Source: Marinicella sp. (GTDB lineage Bacteria > Pseudomonadota > Gammaproteobacteria > Xanthomonadales > Marinicellaceae). From it: a stretch of 64,000 nucleotides of DNA. How positions within the stretch are numbered: the first letter of the stretch is position 1; each line of letters opens with the position of its first letter. Shown one piece after another: positions 57,648 through 64,000 of this stretch. The translations under genes were made by a program, and so were the position numbers. The notes under the pieces were generated by a model. The model did no database searches. It was not told where the DNA came from and was given only the letters and a program-made list of their open reading frames with translations. The stretch spans positions 3,424,001-3,488,000 of the forward strand of contig OZ246001.1 in assembly GCA_965230295.1 (NCBI GenBank). The letters run 5' to 3'.

Positions 57648-60314
57648 TTAAGACGATGCCAGGTTTCTGAGCACATAGTGCAAAATCCCGCCGTGCCTGC
57701 AATACTCAACTTCTTTAGGGGTGTCGATTCTGACATCCACTTCAAAAGTTGTTGATGAACCGTCTTCTCGATGCACTGTCACCTGAGCCGTTTTGCTTTC
57801 GCCATTTTGCAAGCCAGAAACATCATAAGTTTCTTTACCCGTTAGGGCATAAGTGTCGGCATTTTCGCCGGCTTTGAATTGCAAAGGGATCACGCCCATT
57901 CCAACCAGGTTCGACCTGTGGATGCGTTCATAGCTACACACCAACACAGCCTTTACCCCCAGTAAATTGGTGCCTTTGGCAGCCCAATCTCGAGAAGACC
58001 CTGTGCCATATTCAGTGCCACCAATGACCATCAAGGGTACGCCACCTGCTTGGTACTTCATGGCGGCATCAAAAATACTCATTTCTTCGTCTGAAGGTTG
58101 GTGTCGTGTCCAGCCACCTTCGGTACCTGGTGCCAATTGATTGCGTAAGCGAATGTTGGCAAATGTGCCACGCATCATCACTTCATGGTTACCACGTCTT
58201 GAACCATAGGAGTTGAAATTGGCCTTGGCAACACCTTTCTCTTTAAGGTAGCTGCCTGCTGGTGAGTCTTCTGCAATGGCTCCTGCAGGTGAAATGTGGT
58301 CTGTGGTCACAGAATCACCCAGCTTGGCCAGAATACGTGCATTTGTGATGTTATCTATGGTACCCACATCTAAAGTCATACCGGCAAAGTATGGTGGGTT
58401 TTTGATATAGGTTGAGTCGGCTTGCCAATCAAATAATTCAGATTCAGTGGTCTTAACAGCTTCCCAGTTGGCATCCCCTTCAAAAATACCTTCGTAACCC
58501 GCAGCAAAACTTGATTTTGAAACATTGTTTTGGATGGTGTCTGCAATTTCATGATCACTGGGCCAAATGTCTTTCAAATAAACTGGGTTGCCATCTTGGT
58601 CATCACCTAATGACTCATTCTGTAAATCAAAATCCATGGTGCCTGCAATGGCATAGGCAACCACCAATGGTGGAGAAGCCAGGAAATTCATTTGGATGTC
58701 GGCATGGATACGACCTTCAAAGTTGCGGTTACCTGAAAGAACTGATGTGGCAATCAAATCATGATCATTGATGGCTTGTGACAGGGCAGGGTCCAATGGA
58801 CCTGAGTTACCAATACAGGTGGTGCAGCCAAAACCAACGACATTAAAGCCCAGGGCTTCTAAGTCATCCATCACACCAGCAGAATTTAAGTAATGTGACA
58901 CCACTTTCGAACCAGGTGCCAGTGAGGTTTTAACCCATGGTTTAACTTTCAATCCTTTGGCAGCGGCATTTCTGGCCAATAAGCCCGCTCCCAACATCAC
59001 GGCAGGATTTGAGGTGTTGGTACACGAAGTGATGGCGGCTACTGCAATGTTTCCATCGGTAAACTCGTAGGAACCACGTTCTGCAGACACAGGTACGGTT
59101 TTTGGAGGTCTGCCATTTTCAAATTCTTTAAAGTGCTGGTTATAAGTCTCTTTTGCCACATTCAACTCAATGCGATCTTGCGGCCGTTTAGGGCCTGAAA
59201 TACTTGGAACCACAGTGCTCATATCCAATTCAAGCACGGCCGTGTATTCAGCATCAATGCTGTTTTCATCATGGAACATGCCTTGGGCTTTGGCATAAGC
59301 CTCAACCAAGTTCACTTGTTCATCGGAGCGACCTGTCAGGCTTAAATAACGCAAGGATTCATTGTCAACAGGGAAGATACCGCAAGTGGCACCGTATTCT
59401 GGCGCCATATTGGCAATGGTTGCCCGATCTGCCAAAGGCAAATGTTTCAGTCCAGATCCAAAAAATTCAACGAATTTACCCACCACGCCATGTTCACGCA
59501 ACATATCAACCACGGTCAATACCAGGTCAGTGGCGGTGACGCCTTCTTGAAGTTTACCGGTTAATTTAAAACCCACCACTTGGGGAATTAACATGGAAAT
59601 GGCTTGTCCTAACATGGCCGCTTCGGCCTCAATGCCACCAACTCCCCAACCCAATACACCAATACCATTGATCATGGTGGTGTGTGAGTCGGTGCCAACC
59701 ACAGTGTCTGGATAGGCCATCAATTCGCCGTTTTGTTCTGCACCAAAAATCACCCTGGCTAAATATTCCAGGTTGACCTGATGAACAATACCATTTCCAG
59801 GCGGCACCACCTTAAATGAATCAAATGCAGTTTGTCCCCATTTTAAAAATCCATAGCGTTCCATATTGCGTTTAAATTCTATTTGGGTGTTCAAGTCTGC
59901 GGCATCATTGGTTCCATATTTATCTACCTGAACAGAGTGGTCTATCACCAACTCTGCCGGTGATAAGGGGTTGATTTTCTGTACATCACCACCCAGCGAT
60001 TTCATGGCATCACGCATGGCGGCTAAATCCACCACTGCGGGAACACCTGTGAAATCCTGCAGTACCACTCTTGAAGGTGTAAAGGCAATTTCAGTTGAAG
60101 GTTCTGCTTTGGGATCCCAATTACAAATGGCTTCAATGTCAGACACTGTGACATCAATGCCGTCTTCATTGCGCAGTAAGTTTTCTAGCAATATTTTTAA
60201 ACTGAAAGGCAGTTTGCTGATGTCATATTTTTCGGCAATTTTGGCCAAGCTGAAGTATTTGTAAGATTTGTTGTTGGATGCCAATTGCATGGCAGTTTTT
60301 AGCGTATCACTCAT
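57648..60314 (-). CDS. acnA: Aconitate hydratase A
   Basis: [60 protein letters not shown]. Confidence 0.98.
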   Translation of the reverse strand: MSDTLKTAMQLASNNKSYKYFSLAKIAEKYDISKLPFSLKILLENLLRNEDGIDVTVSDIEAICNWDPKAEPSTEIAFTPSRVVLQDFTGVPAVVDLAAMRDAMKSLGGDVQKINPLSPAELVIDHSVQVDKYGTNDAADLNTQIEFKRNMERYGFLKWGQTAFDSFKVVPPGNGIVHQVNLEYLARVIFGAEQNGELMAYPDTVVGTDSHTTMINGIGVLGWGVGGIEAEAAMLGQAISMLIPQVVGFKLTGKLQEGVTATDLVLTVVDMLREHGVVGKFVEFFGSGLKHLPLADRATIANMAPEYGATCGIFPVDNESLRYLSLTGRSDEQVNLVEAYAKAQGMFHDENSIDAEYTAVLELDMSTVVPSISGPKRPQDRIELNVAKETYNQHFKEFENGRPPKTVPVSAERGSYEFTDGNIAVAAITSCTNTSNPAVMLGAGLLARNAAAKGLKVKPWVKTSLAPGSKVVSHYLNSAGVMDDLEALGFNVVGFGCTTCIGNSGPLDPALSQAINDHDLIATSVLSGNRNFEGRIHADIQMNFLASPPLVVAYAIAGTMDFDLQNESLGDDQDGNPVYLKDIWPSDHEIADTIQNNVSKSSFAAGYEGIFEGDANWEAVKTTESELFDWQADSTYIKNPPYFAGMTLDVGTIDNITNARILAKLGDSVTTDHISPAGAIAEDSPAGSYLKEKGVAKANFNSYGSRRGNHEVMMRGTFANIRLRNQLAPGTEGGWTRHQPSDEEMSIFDAAMKYQAGGVPLMVIGGTEYGTGSSRDWAAKGTNLLGVKAVLVCSYERIHRSNLVGMGVIPLQFKAGENADTYALTGKETYDVSGLQNGESKTAQVTVHREDGSSTTFEVDVRIDTPKEVEYCRHGGILHYVLRNLASS

Positions 60315-60548
60315 TGATAAACCCCTGTTTGTGGATTCTGTAATAGAAAAGTTCTTTGAATAATTATTTTGATTATTATCGCACTTTTAATTCATAAAAT
60401 ACAACCATATGCAGCGCAGGGGAGGCTGGTTTATTTTGGTTGAATGCGCAGAGGTGTTAACAGGCCCTAGCATGGAATTCAGTTCATCCCATGCTTGTCT
60501 TACAGTTCATTGGCTTGATATCTTGATGGCATCAAGCCGGGTGTGGTT

Positions 60549-63344
<2,796 letters not shown>

Positions 63345-63462
63345 CAAATTCGCTACCATAAAAAAAGAACGGCGTATTATACCTTCATAGGTGTTAAAAG
63401 TTAACTCAAAGCGCGTCGCGAAGAGTCACTGAAATCATTCCTAATGGTTTGCGAACCCTTAA

Positions 63463-63613
63463 TTAAGGAATGTTCTTGGGGCTCCATTCACTTTTGTTCC
63501 AGACAAAAGTGAAAACGACCTCGGCGAACATGACTTGCTACCTCGCGCTCTTCGCCTCTGATTCGCTATGCTCACCAACCGGCTCGGCGAGTCAAGCTGC
63601 CCAGCAGCTTTCC
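63463..63613 (-). repeat. Modular intergenic repeat, copy 5, 151 bp (shortest form)
   Basis: Same ends; lacks the ~92-nt internal module of copies 1-3. Confidence 0.9.
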
Positions 63614-63948
63614 TTTACCCACATTTGAATTCAATGATAATGCACCCAAAATAATGTATGCACATAAAGTTTTGATTTTATAGGCAAAAAATCGATCGCA
63701 GGATTTTCTGATTCATTTTATAAAAATTTCATTGTTTAAAATAACTGCCACATCAAATTCAAACAAACGTTTGAAAATACATTAAATTTATGTTATTTTA
63801 AAATACGATTTGAATTTATAGACAACCTTACTTAAGAAATTCGTTTCTATAAAATAATTAAAAAAGAAGGTTGTGAATGTGGTGACACATTGCGTGGGGA
63901 CGTTTTTAATTCAAGTTGATTACTAATAAAAACTAGAGGGTTTAATCA

Positions 63949-64000
63949 ATGAATAAAATAAGACTTATGGGCGCGTCTGCGTCTATCTTTTTGGCTGCAT
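63949..64000 (+). CDS. Partial CDS (N-terminus of an exported protein; runs off window end)
   Basis: GAGGG RBS, then MNKIRLMGASASIFLAA, which looks like a signal peptide, after a long AT-rich upstream region. Confidence 0.5.
   Translation, partial: MNKIRLMGASASIFLAA

Noticed and set aside
60359-60385. Fur-box-like AT-rich stretch upstream of acnA
   Set aside because: Only about 13/19 match by hand in very AT-rich DNA; equally explained as a -10 region.

Overview
A chromosomal window of roughly 40-43% GC (estimated by eye) from a Gram-negative gammaproteobacterium. The gene repertoire suggests a marine Xanthomonadales relative such as Marinicella, which is inference only. In order, it holds: a partial lytic transglycosylase; a DUF4398/OmpA pair; cystathionine beta-synthase and gamma-lyase; a zinc-starvation cluster (zrgABCD-like genes, two MerC-like proteins, Zur, a COG0523 GTPase, M1 and M3 peptidases, HupE/UreJ) with five copies of a palindromic TGATAT-RWT-GTATCA box; a ~9.6 kb block (three lipoproteins, one exported protein and a 1019-aa TSP3/Cys-repeat protein, convergent with an ECF sigma + Ser/Thr kinase-TPR pair); uvrC, moaEDCA, kdkA, a GT9 glycosyltransferase and moaB; a narK1-narK2-narGHJI respiratory nitrate reductase locus divergent from a NIT-domain/Crp-Fnr fusion regulator with a C-terminal 4-Cys cluster, followed by moeA, mobA and a TDT transporter; slp, recQ, DUF1835, SRPBCC, a diguanylate cyclase, DUF1207, acnA and acnB. 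Five copies (151-436 bp) of a modular, hairpin-built intergenic repeat with fixed ends and swappable internal units occur in the window, four of them as two inward-facing pairs. The best candidates for an undescribed system are the NIT-Crp one-component nitrate (and possibly O2) sensor and the modular GNA-hairpin repeat family. No rRNA, tRNA, CRISPR array or transposase was seen.
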